From Phycisphaerae bacterium (GTDB taxonomy: Bacteria > Planctomycetota > Phycisphaerae > Sedimentisphaerales > UBA12454): a DNA stretch of 64,000 nucleotides. A program made the translations under genes and the position numbers. Every line of letters begins with the position of its first letter. Within the stretch, counting starts at the first letter, position 1. Where the stretch lies: assembly GCA_041661665.1 (NCBI GenBank), contig JBAZTW010000004.1, forward strand, positions 5,121-69,120, in the 5' to 3' direction. Under the pieces are notes generated by a model. That model had not been told where the DNA came from, did no database searches, and saw only the letters and a program-made list of their open reading frames with translations. This document shows positions 29,435-38,163 of this stretch, piece by piece.

Positions 29435-29485
29435 GTAGGGTGGGCTCGCCTGCCCTGAGCTTGTCGAAGGGTCAGCCCACGCGGT
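29435..29485 (+). repeat. Family B REP-like palindrome with nested insert
   Basis: gtagggtgggctcg[cctgccctgagcttgtcgaagg]gtcagcccacgcgg. Confidence 0.85.
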
Positions 29486-29978
29486 TTTGTATTTTTTTTG
29501 TTTTCTTCATTTTTCCAAAGCACGCGAATGACACCAGCACAAGACCCGCTCCACAGACAAAAAGTATTACACGATTTTCATTTTTTGTGCTTCTTTGCAG
29601 CCACATAGGCGGCTGCGGCAGACTGGCCGCATCATCCTGACTATTTAGCACAGCCTTTGCCCGGTCCAACATTTCAGCGGTTATATTTGCCCGTCGTTCG
29701 TTTGGGTCGTTAACCGCGTGTGGGTCGCTGCCAAGCGTAAGCGGTGCGATTTTGGCAAGGATATTGGGGTCGGCGGCGATTTGCCCGGTGAGAACTTCGT
29801 GGTCTTTTATTATCTGCTCTATTTTGACATTATTTCGCTCGGTTTGAATAACCGCCGCTTTGGTATCGTAAAGGCTTTTCCATTCCGGGCCAAGCGTTGC
29901 CAGAGATATAGACAGAATGCCAGCCGCTGAGCAAATCACAAACAACAACAATCTTAAAACAGCTTCCAGCTTTTGCAC
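29472..29978 (-). CDS. Membrane protein, TM + coiled coil + TM (weak FtsB/DivIC-like resemblance)
   Basis: N-terminal TM, coiled coil ending 'ADPNILAKIA', C-terminal TM. Confidence 0.55.
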   Translation of the reverse strand: MQKLEAVLRLLLFVICSAAGILSISLATLGPEWKSLYDTKAAVIQTERNNVKIEQIIKDHEVLTGQIAADPNILAKIAPLTLGSDPHAVNDPNERRANITAEMLDRAKAVLNSQDDAASLPQPPMWLQRSTKNENRVILFVCGAGLVLVSFACFGKMKKTKKIQNRVG

Positions 29979-30025
29979 GTTTCTGCCCTGAATTTAATGC
30001 CGCTCCATAATGGCCGCGGCTCTGA

Positions 30026-30165
30026 ACACCCTGCGCTTTCGCTTGGGCTCTGAATGACACCTGCGGTATTCTAAAGCAGAAAACTTAAAAAACCACTTTT
30101 TTTTTATTTTATAACAAGTAGAATAGCCGCCGGCATCTAATCAGAGCCCAAGCGACAGCGCAGGG
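30026..30165. repeat. Inverted pair of CAGAGCCCAAGCG..AGCGCAGGG elements (family C)
   Basis: 28-nt inverted repeat with one mismatch at 30026-30053 (-) and 30141-30168 (+). Confidence 0.8.
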
Positions 30166-30188
30166 TGTGGTTTATTGGAGCAGTATTT

Positions 30189-31043
30189 ATGAACAAGGTG
30201 TTTTTTAATAATAGTATCGTTGATTCCGCCCAGGCTATGATAAACCATAGCGACACGGGTTTTTTGTATGGCGCAGGGCTGTTCGAGACTATGCGGACGG
30301 CAAACGGCGTGGTTTTCGCCCTGGAAGACCATCTCGACAGACTTTTTAACAGCGCAGCCAAACTTGGTATAAAACTGACAGGCGATAAAAAGTTTTGCAC
30401 CGACGCGATATATCAAACTCTCAAAGCCAACGACCTGAAAGAGGCTCGGCTTCGTCTGACCGCAACCAGCGGCACGGTCAACGCTGACGATGAAGCAGTG
30501 CCGACGCTGCTTATTACCGCGGTAAATTTTGAACCTTATCCGAAAGATTATTATCAAAAGGGTGTGCTGGCGGTTTTAAGTCCGTACAGGCAAAATTACA
30601 CTGACGGGCTGGCGGGACATAAAACGACAAATTATTTTTCAAGATTGCTCGCCCTTTCGCAGGCTCGGCAAAAACACGCCGCAGAGGCGCTGTGGTTCAC
30701 CTTTGAAGGCTTGCTGGCCGAGGGAAGCGTCAGCAATGTTTTTGTTGTGAAGGATTCTATCGTTTATACCCCCCCGCTTGAGATTGGCGTTCTGCCAGGC
30801 ATAGCCAGAAAACACGTTTGTGCTCTTGCAATGAAAAATTCGCTCAAACTCGAAGAGAAAGATTTGACGATTAAAGAGCTTTTGGCCGCTGATGAGGTCT
30901 TTATTACGAATGTTATTATGCAGGTGATGCCCGTGATAAAAATCGAGGCGCACGATGTAAAAGACGCAAAACCGGGAGCGATTACAAAGAAAATAATGAC
31001 TCTTTACGCAGAGCATTTTAACAAAGAAACTGGAATGGCATAA
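30189..31043 (+). CDS. Class IV aminotransferase (4-amino-4-deoxychorismate lyase PabC/IlvE-like)
   Basis: 'YGAGLFETMR', 'HLDRL', 'HKTTNY', 'EGSVSNVF', 'LPGIAR', 'ADEVFITN'. Confidence 0.88.
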   Translation: MNKVFFNNSIVDSAQAMINHSDTGFLYGAGLFETMRTANGVVFALEDHLDRLFNSAAKLGIKLTGDKKFCTDAIYQTLKANDLKEARLRLTATSGTVNADDEAVPTLLITAVNFEPYPKDYYQKGVLAVLSPYRQNYTDGLAGHKTTNYFSRLLALSQARQKHAAEALWFTFEGLLAEGSVSNVFVVKDSIVYTPPLEIGVLPGIARKHVCALAMKNSLKLEEKDLTIKELLAADEVFITNVIMQVMPVIKIEAHDVKDAKPGAITKKIMTLYAEHFNKETGMA

Positions 31044-31044
31044 G

Positions 31045-31150
31045 AAATCAAAAATCAAAATGCAAATATCAAAATGACAAAGCAAAAATTAAAAATAGTT
31101 ATGCCGAAGGCATTCCATAATTTTTATTTTTAATTTTTAATTTTTGATAT
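31045..31150 (+). repeat. Family A repeat with both arms
   Basis: (aaaatca)n ... tgccgaaggca-ttccata-(tttttaa)n. Confidence 0.7.
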
Positions 31151-31174
31151 TATTATGTATTTGAGGGAGTTAAA

Positions 31175-32287
31175 TTGAAAATTATGGTTAAGATTAAAGA
31201 TGTAATAAAACATATCGAATGTATCGCTCCGCCGAAATTGGCGCAAAGCTGGGATAACACCGGCCTGCTAATCGGCGACGGCAATTCGAAAATCAAAAAA
31301 ATCCTGCTTACAATCGATATTACCGCCGAGGTCGTCAAAGAAGCAAAGAAGTTCGGCTGCAATTTCATCATTAGCTATCACCCGGTAATCTGGGATGGGC
31401 TGAAAAAAGTTCTCGCAGACTCTGTTGTTTATGACATTATCCAATCGGGCATAAGCGTTTATTCCATTCATACCGCCCTCGATGCCGTCAAAGGCGGCGT
31501 GAACGATGGTCTTGCTGAAATGGTCGGCATTAAAAATCCAGCTCCCATCGGCGACTGGGTAGAAACAGGTCAGAAAAATTACAAGCTGATGTTTTTTGTG
31601 CCGGTCGAGTCGCTCCAGAAAGTCGCCGACGCGGTTTTCAAAGCCGGGGCAGGCTCAATAGGAAATTACAGCCATTGCAGCTTCAATACCGCAGGGCTTG
31701 GAACATTCGTCCCGCTTGAAGGCTCAAATCCGACCATCGGCAAAAAGGGCGAACTTGAAAACGTCCACGAAATAAAATTCGAGTCGATTGTGCCTGCCGA
31801 GAAGGTTGCCGATTGCGTAAAAGCGATGAAGGCCGCGCATCCTTACGAAATGCCTGCGTTCGATGTTGTCAAACTTTATGATGTTGAGGACAAAATCGGG
31901 CTTGGCAGAATCGGAAAATTGGCAAAACCGACCCAGCTAAACGCGATTCTCAAAAAAATTAAATCGGCCACCGGTGCAAACATTGCCGGAATCGTCGGCC
32001 CAAATAAACGATTGGTAAAAAAGGCTGCCGTCTGTGCCGGCTCGTGCAGCAAACTCATTATGAACGTAATTGCCGAAGGCTGCGACCTTTACCTAACCGG
32101 CGAAATCAAACACCATCAGGCAATGGCCGCCGCCGAAGCCGGTATGACCGTCATTTGCCTCAGCCATACGGTCTCCGAGCGATTTATCCTTAAAAAAATC
32201 GCAAAAGAGCTTCAAAAACAGATAAAAGATGTTAAAATCCTGACAAGTAAAAAGGATAAAGACCCGTTTGAATGGACAAAAATATGA
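31175..32287 (+). CDS. Nif3-like dinuclear metal hexameric protein with PII-like insert
   Basis: 'AQSWDNTGL', 'ISYHP', 'HTALD', 'AHPYEMPAFD', 'TGEIKHH', 'H..SE'. Confidence 0.92.
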   Translation: MKIMVKIKDVIKHIECIAPPKLAQSWDNTGLLIGDGNSKIKKILLTIDITAEVVKEAKKFGCNFIISYHPVIWDGLKKVLADSVVYDIIQSGISVYSIHTALDAVKGGVNDGLAEMVGIKNPAPIGDWVETGQKNYKLMFFVPVESLQKVADAVFKAGAGSIGNYSHCSFNTAGLGTFVPLEGSNPTIGKKGELENVHEIKFESIVPAEKVADCVKAMKAAHPYEMPAFDVVKLYDVEDKIGLGRIGKLAKPTQLNAILKKIKSATGANIAGIVGPNKRLVKKAAVCAGSCSKLIMNVIAEGCDLYLTGEIKHHQAMAAAEAGMTVICLSHTVSERFILKKIAKELQKQIKDVKILTSKKDKDPFEWTKI

Positions 32288-32949
32288 GCGATGAGCTTGA
32301 CCAGGATATTGAGAACACCGAAAATACCGAGAACACCGATATTACTGAATCGGCGGCTCTTCAGGAACAGATTCAGCAAAATCAGGATTTACAAATGCCA
32401 AATGTTTCGATTGAGTCGGTAATCGAAGCGATACTCTTTGCCTCCGATGAGCCGCTGTCCATCGACAGATTAGTTTCAATTTCCGAGTTCACAGGCGGCG
32501 CAAAGCAGGTGCGTCAGTGCATCGAAACGCTCAATCAGCAATATACCGATGCCGCCAGGTCGTTCAGGATTGAAGAAATCGCCGGCGGCTTTCAAATGAT
32601 GACAATGCCGGAATATAATATCTGGCTCAAAAAATTACTGCGCGACCGCGGCGACAATAAACTCACTTCCGTTGCCTTGGAAACGCTCGCTATCATTGCA
32701 TATAAACAGCCGATTATCAGGGCTGACATCGAGGCAATTCGCGGCGTTGCCTGCGGCGAAATGATTCGTTCGCTGATGTATAAAGGTCTGGTCAAAATCG
32801 TCGGCAAAGCCGAGATTCTCGGCAGGCCGCTGCTCTACGGCACAACCAAAAAATTCCTCGAAATCTTCGGCCTCAGCACACTAAAAGACCTCCCAAAAGT
32901 TGAAGAGCTCAAAGAGCCAGGCAAGGAAATGGTAAAGAGTGAAGAGTGA
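32284..32949 (+). CDS. scpB: SMC-Scp complex subunit ScpB
   Basis: 'IEAILFAS', 'LETLAIIAYKQPI.RA.IEAIRGV', 'GRPLLYGTT..FL..FGL'. Confidence 0.95.
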   Translation: MSDELDQDIENTENTENTDITESAALQEQIQQNQDLQMPNVSIESVIEAILFASDEPLSIDRLVSISEFTGGAKQVRQCIETLNQQYTDAARSFRIEEIAGGFQMMTMPEYNIWLKKLLRDRGDNKLTSVALETLAIIAYKQPIIRADIEAIRGVACGEMIRSLMYKGLVKIVGKAEILGRPLLYGTTKKFLEIFGLSTLKDLPKVEELKEPGKEMVKSEE

Positions 32950-32990
32950 ACCTGTTATAGTAATTAAGGGTATCTCTAAAAATGCGTAAA

Positions 32991-33019
32991 TCAGAGCCGC
33001 GAGCGTAAGCGACCGGTCA
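32991..33019 (+). repeat. Family C-related palindrome
   Basis: tcagagccgcgagcgtaagcgaccggtca. Confidence 0.6.
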
Positions 33020-33064
33020 AAAACAACGTTTATTATGTTTGATTGTCAATTTTTAGAGGTTGCC

Positions 33065-34039
33065 TTAATCCATAAGCCAATTCTGAGCAAAAATAGCGGA
33101 ATCAGCAAAATTAACTTTCCCATTGGCCTGAAAATCCGCGCCCTCACAGGAGAGGAGAGTTCCGTTGACACAATCCGTGCGCAGCCATTGGCTGGTAAAA
33201 ATGGCAAAATCGAACTCATCAACCTTACTGTCCCTGTTGAGGTCTCCTACCGGATAGTCCGCAGGGGAATTAATTATTCCGTTTATCCACGGGGCATAAG
33301 AACTTATTCTGGCGCCCCAAAACGTGTCGCCAAACCATGTTTCGTACAGCCTTTGAACAGAAACCGTCAACGCGGCGAGCTTCCAGATTCCACCTTGATT
33401 AATAAACCATCCGCCGCCGGAATCATACATGGCTGGGGCTGCCTCATAGGGTCTTCCATTCAGGTCGAAATCGGCATATACGGTTTCGACAGTAGGATAA
33501 AGTTGATAGCCCTCTATTATATTCTGTCCCCATCTCAAAGTATCATTTGAGCCTGTCCATGAATATCCGTTAGAAAGAGTAGTTCCTCTATGTTGACCAT
33601 AGCCGCCTATCACAATATCCTTATATATCTCGTCGGTATCTGTATATGGAGGTGCGTATGCAAGATTAGGATCTGAGCCATCGAGGTTTTTGAGCCTTAT
33701 CAGACGGATGTCGTAGCTGCCGTTTGCACTGCCGATGGTGCCGCCTATCCACCGAGGATTGTAGATGCAGTTGTAGGTAACGCCGTTGATATTTACTGTT
33801 GCAGGATTAGAATTTTGGTGGCGGGTGGTGATAATCCACTTGGGGGAGACAACCACAAATGAGGCGTTACTGCTCCATCTTCCCACAACGGCGTTCACCG
33901 GCCTATCCGTCCAGGTCAGCAAATTCGGCTCTCCTGTGGGGTGAAGAATAATGCTTAGACCAGTAGTAGGTGTCAGCAGCACAAATACACACAAACATAC
34001 GCCTTGCCAGGCGTTATAGCTGCGCCAAAGCTTCTTCAA
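33065..34039 (-). CDS. Secreted trypsin-like serine protease with dockerin-like C-terminus
   Basis: Signal peptide; 'ITTRH', 'YDIRLIRL', 'YDSGGG' triad motifs; 'GDLNRDSKVDEFDF..F..QWL'. Confidence 0.7.
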   Translation of the reverse strand: MKKLWRSYNAWQGVCLCVFVLLTPTTGLSIILHPTGEPNLLTWTDRPVNAVVGRWSSNASFVVVSPKWIITTRHQNSNPATVNINGVTYNCIYNPRWIGGTIGSANGSYDIRLIRLKNLDGSDPNLAYAPPYTDTDEIYKDIVIGGYGQHRGTTLSNGYSWTGSNDTLRWGQNIIEGYQLYPTVETVYADFDLNGRPYEAAPAMYDSGGGWFINQGGIWKLAALTVSVQRLYETWFGDTFWGARISSYAPWINGIINSPADYPVGDLNRDSKVDEFDFAIFTSQWLRTDCVNGTLLSCEGADFQANGKVNFADSAIFAQNWLMD

Positions 34040-34224
34040 ATCCTACCATCCTTTTTGGGGCATATAAAACAAGTACTTTATTAACCGGGATTGCCCGTAT
34101 GATGCCTGCTGCTGTTCATCTATGACGCCAAAACCCCCATTTTTAGCGATGGTATCAGACCTATTATAAAAAGTCAAGCTTTTTAATTTTATCTCGAAGT
34201 TTTCAATGTGCCTCGAAAGACAAA

Positions 34225-35823
34225 TCAGGCGCAGCATTCATTTTGCTGTTTTTGTGACAACGGCCACTTATCGTGATTTTCAGCGTAAGCATTTTTAAAC
34301 GCTTCTACCACTTCCGGGTCGAATTGAGTGCCTGCAAGGCTTACAATTTCGCTTATTGTGTCGTCTGCGGATTTGGGATTGACGTTCCAGTGTTTGGAAG
34401 TCATCGCGTCAAAGGTATTTGCGACAGCGAGGATTCTTGAGCCAAACGGGATATTCCTGCCGACTAAGCCGTTGGGATAACCTGTGCCGTCGAAATTTTC
34501 GTGATGATGGCGGATAATAATCGCTTCCTGATTGAATATGCCTATTGGAGTGATAATTTCAGCGCTGGAAATCGGATGCCTTTCAACGATTCTTCGCTCG
34601 TCATCGGTAAGAGCCGTATTCTTTCGCAGGATATGATTTGGAATAATAATTTTGCCGAGGTCGTGAAGAGCCGCCGCTGTTGCAAGCTGTTCTGCCAGAA
34701 CTCCGGAAACATTCATTTGCTTTGCAATCGCCGATACATATATTTTTACATTCTCAACGTGCCGGGCAAGATAATCGTCCTTTGCCGCGATAGCTTTCGC
34801 AAAGGCCGTTATCATACCGATAGTCTGAGATTTTACCTGCTGTGCGAGCGTTGATATTTTTGTTTGAAGTTCGCGGAAATCTTCGCCCTGATGTTCCTGA
34901 ATATGTTCGTCGGGATTGACCTGGTCGTAGGAAACAACGCAGTTTCTGCCGCGATGTTTGGCGGCATACAGTGCATCATCCGCTTTTCTGATAAGCTCGT
35001 AAGGGTCGGTAGTGTCGGCGCCGTCAAAAACGGCAACGCCCACGCTGCACGTAACAGATATGGGTTTGTTGGCGGCTTCCCAGCTATATTTGTCAACCAT
35101 CGAACGCAGCTTGTCAGCCCTCTGTGCGGCAATTTCGACAGGCATTCCGGGCATAACAACGATGAATTCCTCGCCGCCATAGCGACCTGCAATATCGAGA
35201 GGATAGATATTTTCGTTGAGAATTTTGCCGACCTGCTGAAGAATTCTATCGCCTGTCAAATGGCCGTATGTATCATTTACATTTTTGAAGTGGTCAACAT
35301 CAAACATCATAACCGCGATTGAACCGCCGCGGATTTTCGCCTGAAGAATTTCACGTTCGAGAATTTCAAAAAAGTGTCGTCTGTTTGAAAGCCCCGTTAG
35401 TTCATCGGTATTGGCAAGCAAAAGCAGCCTTTCCTGAAGTTCAATCATTTGCAGAACTATGCCTATTCTCGCCTGAAGTTCGCCCTTGTTAAAAGGCTTG
35501 GTTATGTAATCTATCGCGCCGAGTTTAAGCCCTGCGATTTTGTCCTCGCTCTGGTCTTTTGCGGAAACAAAAATTATTGGAATCGAAGAGGTGCGAACAT
35601 CCGCCTTTAATCTCCTGCACGCCTCAAAACCATCGAGGTCGGGCATCATTATATCAAGAAGAATAATGTCAGGCCGCTGTTCCGCCGCGAGCGCCAGCCC
35701 CTGTTCAGCGCTTTCCGCCAGCAGCACAACAAGCCCCATATTGCCCAGATGCGCCTTGAGAAGAATAAGATTCGCCTGGCTGTCGTCAACTACAAGAACT
35801 TTCCGCTGCTTTTTTATTTTCAT
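34225..35823 (-). CDS. REC-GGDEF-HD-GYP c-di-GMP signalling protein
   Basis: 'VLVVDD', 'LLDIMMP', 'DELTGL', 'RYGGEEF', 'LHDLGK', 'HHENFDGTGYP'. Confidence 0.92.
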   Translation of the reverse strand: MKIKKQRKVLVVDDSQANLILLKAHLGNMGLVVLLAESAEQGLALAAEQRPDIILLDIMMPDLDGFEACRRLKADVRTSSIPIIFVSAKDQSEDKIAGLKLGAIDYITKPFNKGELQARIGIVLQMIELQERLLLLANTDELTGLSNRRHFFEILEREILQAKIRGGSIAVMMFDVDHFKNVNDTYGHLTGDRILQQVGKILNENIYPLDIAGRYGGEEFIVVMPGMPVEIAAQRADKLRSMVDKYSWEAANKPISVTCSVGVAVFDGADTTDPYELIRKADDALYAAKHRGRNCVVSYDQVNPDEHIQEHQGEDFRELQTKISTLAQQVKSQTIGMITAFAKAIAAKDDYLARHVENVKIYVSAIAKQMNVSGVLAEQLATAAALHDLGKIIIPNHILRKNTALTDDERRIVERHPISSAEIITPIGIFNQEAIIIRHHHENFDGTGYPNGLVGRNIPFGSRILAVANTFDAMTSKHWNVNPKSADDTISEIVSLAGTQFDPEVVEAFKNAYAENHDKWPLSQKQQNECCA

Positions 35824-35866
35824 ATCTGCACACGCGCTCTAAAGGTTAGTAGTTTATATACGGTAT

Positions 35867-35893
35867 TTATCGACTTATTTTGAGGCCATATTA
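35867..35893 (-). promoter_or_regulatory. Putative sigma-28 (FliA)-type promoter
   Basis: TAAT-N15-GTCGATAA vs consensus TAAA-N15-GCCGATAA, 44 nt upstream of the start. Confidence 0.45.
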
Positions 35894-35997
35894 AGCTATT
35901 TATCACACCATTTTTTAACTTTAACCCGCATTTTCAGTACAAAAAACGCCTTTTTTAAACAAATAACGAAAAAAACCTGATATAAAGACACTTTTGT

Positions 35998-36026
35998 TTG
36001 ACAAAATAATCCTTTATACCTATATT
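35998..36026 (+). promoter_or_regulatory. Sigma70-type promoter
   Basis: TTGACA-N17-TATATT. Confidence 0.65.
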
Positions 36027-36176
36027 TAGCGGCAGATTAGAGATTCGGATTGCAGGTGTCAGGCGGAGGCGCAGTCTCAAAGGTCGTTGTGGACTCCAAT
36101 TCCAATTGCATCACTTTTACTTTAGCCGCTAATACAAAAAAATTGAGAAACTCATTTAATTTTATAGGAGAAAGAA

Positions 36177-37583
36177 ATGACAGCACCTAAAGTTAGCGTA
36201 ACATTTATTGTATTCACCCTTATTGCCTGTTCATCAATTTCAAAGGCCGCAGACCCAAATAGCTTTCCTATCTGCAGATGGACGGGAGAGCAAAGTTATC
36301 CGGCAGTCAGCGGCAGCTACGTTGTCTGGCAGGACTATCGTTCAGGCTACTATAACATTTTTCATAATGACCCTGATAATACGGGCAATGTAGATGGTAT
36401 TGGAATTGATATTAGAACAAAACATCAAAAATTTCCTGCTATCAGCGGCACAAGAGTTGTCTGGGAAGATTTTCGGACAGGTACCAACTCTCCAAATATT
36501 TATTACTGTGACTTGTCATCTGGTTCACCTACAGCGTTAAACTTTATTATCGGTGAACAAACATATCCAGCCATAAGCGGTACAAATATTGTTTGGCAGG
36601 ATGTCTACAGCGATGCCGGTGATATTTACTGCAATGGAAATCCAGCGGGAATTTGTGTACGCAGCGGCGAACAATCGTACCCTGCCATCAGCGGTAATAT
36701 GGTGGTTTGGCAGGAGATTATCAGCGGCACTGACAAAGATGTTTATCGTTATCTTTTGCCATCTGGACCCAGAACATCGGTATGTTCTCTTGTCGGCAGT
36801 ATACAGGAAAAACCGGCCATAAGCGGCAATTATGTTGTCTGGCAGGATAATCGCAATGGCGATTCTGATATTTATGGCAGGGATATTTACGGGCAGGAAT
36901 TTGAGATTTGCAAATATGCCGGCAGAGAACAAATCAATCCCGCTATCAGCGACGATATAGTGGTGTGGGAAGACTACCGCAATGGTTTAAACAATGCCGA
37001 TATTTATGGCTACAGAATTTCAACGAAGGAAGTATTCGCAATCTGCAGAAGTTCCGGCCACCAAAAGAATCCCGCAATCGACTGCAACTTCGTTGTTTGG
37101 GAGGATTATCGAAATGGCAACGCTGATATTTACGGAGCGTATATCCCTGAGCCTGCTCCACTTCCGGTTATTACCGTGCTTGACCCCAATGGCGGCGAAT
37201 CACTGCCGGCAGGTTCAAAGCACTGGATAAGATGGAAAAACAGCGGTTCTATCAGCCGTGTGAAAATCGAAGACTCAAATGATAATGGTCTGACTTTTTC
37301 TGTAATTGATGCGAATGTTGCAAATAATGATAACGGCGAAAGTGTATATCTTTGGACAATACCGGCAGACGTGAATTCGGAGCAATGTCGAATAAGAATA
37401 AGCGATAAGAGCGCTCCCGACATCAACGATACCAGCAATAACGTTTTTACGATTTTCCAGTGCGACCAATCGCTTACAGCCGACCTTAGCGGCGACTGCA
37501 AAGTTGATTTCACAGACTTCGCTTTATTCAGCGGACAATGGCTAACCTGCGGCAATCCCCACGACCAAAATTGGTGCCCGTAA
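36177..37583 (+). CDS. Secreted beta-propeller repeat protein (Methanosarcina surface-protein type) + Kre9/Ig-like domain + dockerin-like C-terminus
   Basis: Seven 'Q..PAISG..VVW.D.R....DIY' repeats; 'V..PNGGE.L..G...I.W'; 'ADLSGDCKVDFTDF'. Confidence 0.85.
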   Translation: MTAPKVSVTFIVFTLIACSSISKAADPNSFPICRWTGEQSYPAVSGSYVVWQDYRSGYYNIFHNDPDNTGNVDGIGIDIRTKHQKFPAISGTRVVWEDFRTGTNSPNIYYCDLSSGSPTALNFIIGEQTYPAISGTNIVWQDVYSDAGDIYCNGNPAGICVRSGEQSYPAISGNMVVWQEIISGTDKDVYRYLLPSGPRTSVCSLVGSIQEKPAISGNYVVWQDNRNGDSDIYGRDIYGQEFEICKYAGREQINPAISDDIVVWEDYRNGLNNADIYGYRISTKEVFAICRSSGHQKNPAIDCNFVVWEDYRNGNADIYGAYIPEPAPLPVITVLDPNGGESLPAGSKHWIRWKNSGSISRVKIEDSNDNGLTFSVIDANVANNDNGESVYLWTIPADVNSEQCRIRISDKSAPDINDTSNNVFTIFQCDQSLTADLSGDCKVDFTDFALFSGQWLTCGNPHDQNWCP

Positions 37584-37692
37584 GAATTTGAAAGACAATG
37601 AAATAAATAAAAGCTCTGGTCTTTTTAGTGGAAAACGTATAAATCAGCAAGGCAGTTTAGGCCAATGGCCGGTTCCAAATTCTATCTTCTGA

Positions 37693-37962
37693 TTATTTTT
37701 CCTCTGGAGATGTAGCTTTCGATTTCATATAGGCCTTTTCCATATAAAACCACATAAAATATCCCCAGAAGATTCCACCAATAGGAAGTGTAATTAGATT
37801 GATTGGCAGCATTTTCAGAAAAGATTTATCGCCTATAATAGAGGAAAAAAAGGCGGCAAATATCGCGCTACCAATACCCCAAATCAGCACACCATGTTTA
37901 ATTATATAATTCCATTTGCCTTTTTGGCGTATCTTTTCCCACTTAGCGAATTTGTCAGACAT
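37693..37962 (-). CDS. Small membrane protein, two TM helices
   Basis: 'WEKIRQKGKWNYIIKHGVLIWG' followed by hydrophobic segments; RBS aaggag. Confidence 0.65.
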   Translation of the reverse strand: MSDKFAKWEKIRQKGKWNYIIKHGVLIWGIGSAIFAAFFSSIIGDKSFLKMLPINLITLPIGGIFWGYFMWFYMEKAYMKSKATSPEEK

Positions 37963-38030
37963 TTGGTTGCTCCTTATATTTACTAACTATATATTACCCG
38001 AAAACAATCAAAACAGCAAGTGGATAAATG

Positions 38031-38075
38031 GGCTGATTCCGCAATTTTTATTTTTTATCTTTTATTTTTGATATT
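38031..38075 (+). repeat. Family A repeat, degenerate
   Basis: ctg-attccgc-aattttttattttttatcttttatttttgat. Confidence 0.45.
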
Positions 38076-38163
38076 CATCATTCCCTATATCCGCGTCCGG
38101 CAGGCGTTTTTAAAATAAAAACTATTTTGCATCCCTGTATTCTTGTGGTAAAATCCAATTGAG

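Noticed and set aside
36026-36132. Riboswitch-like leader closed by ttagcggc/gccgctaa
   Set aside because: The 5' arm overlaps the -10 region and would be largely untranscribed; no known riboswitch consensus recognised. TTAGCCGCTAA might be an operator but is unsupported
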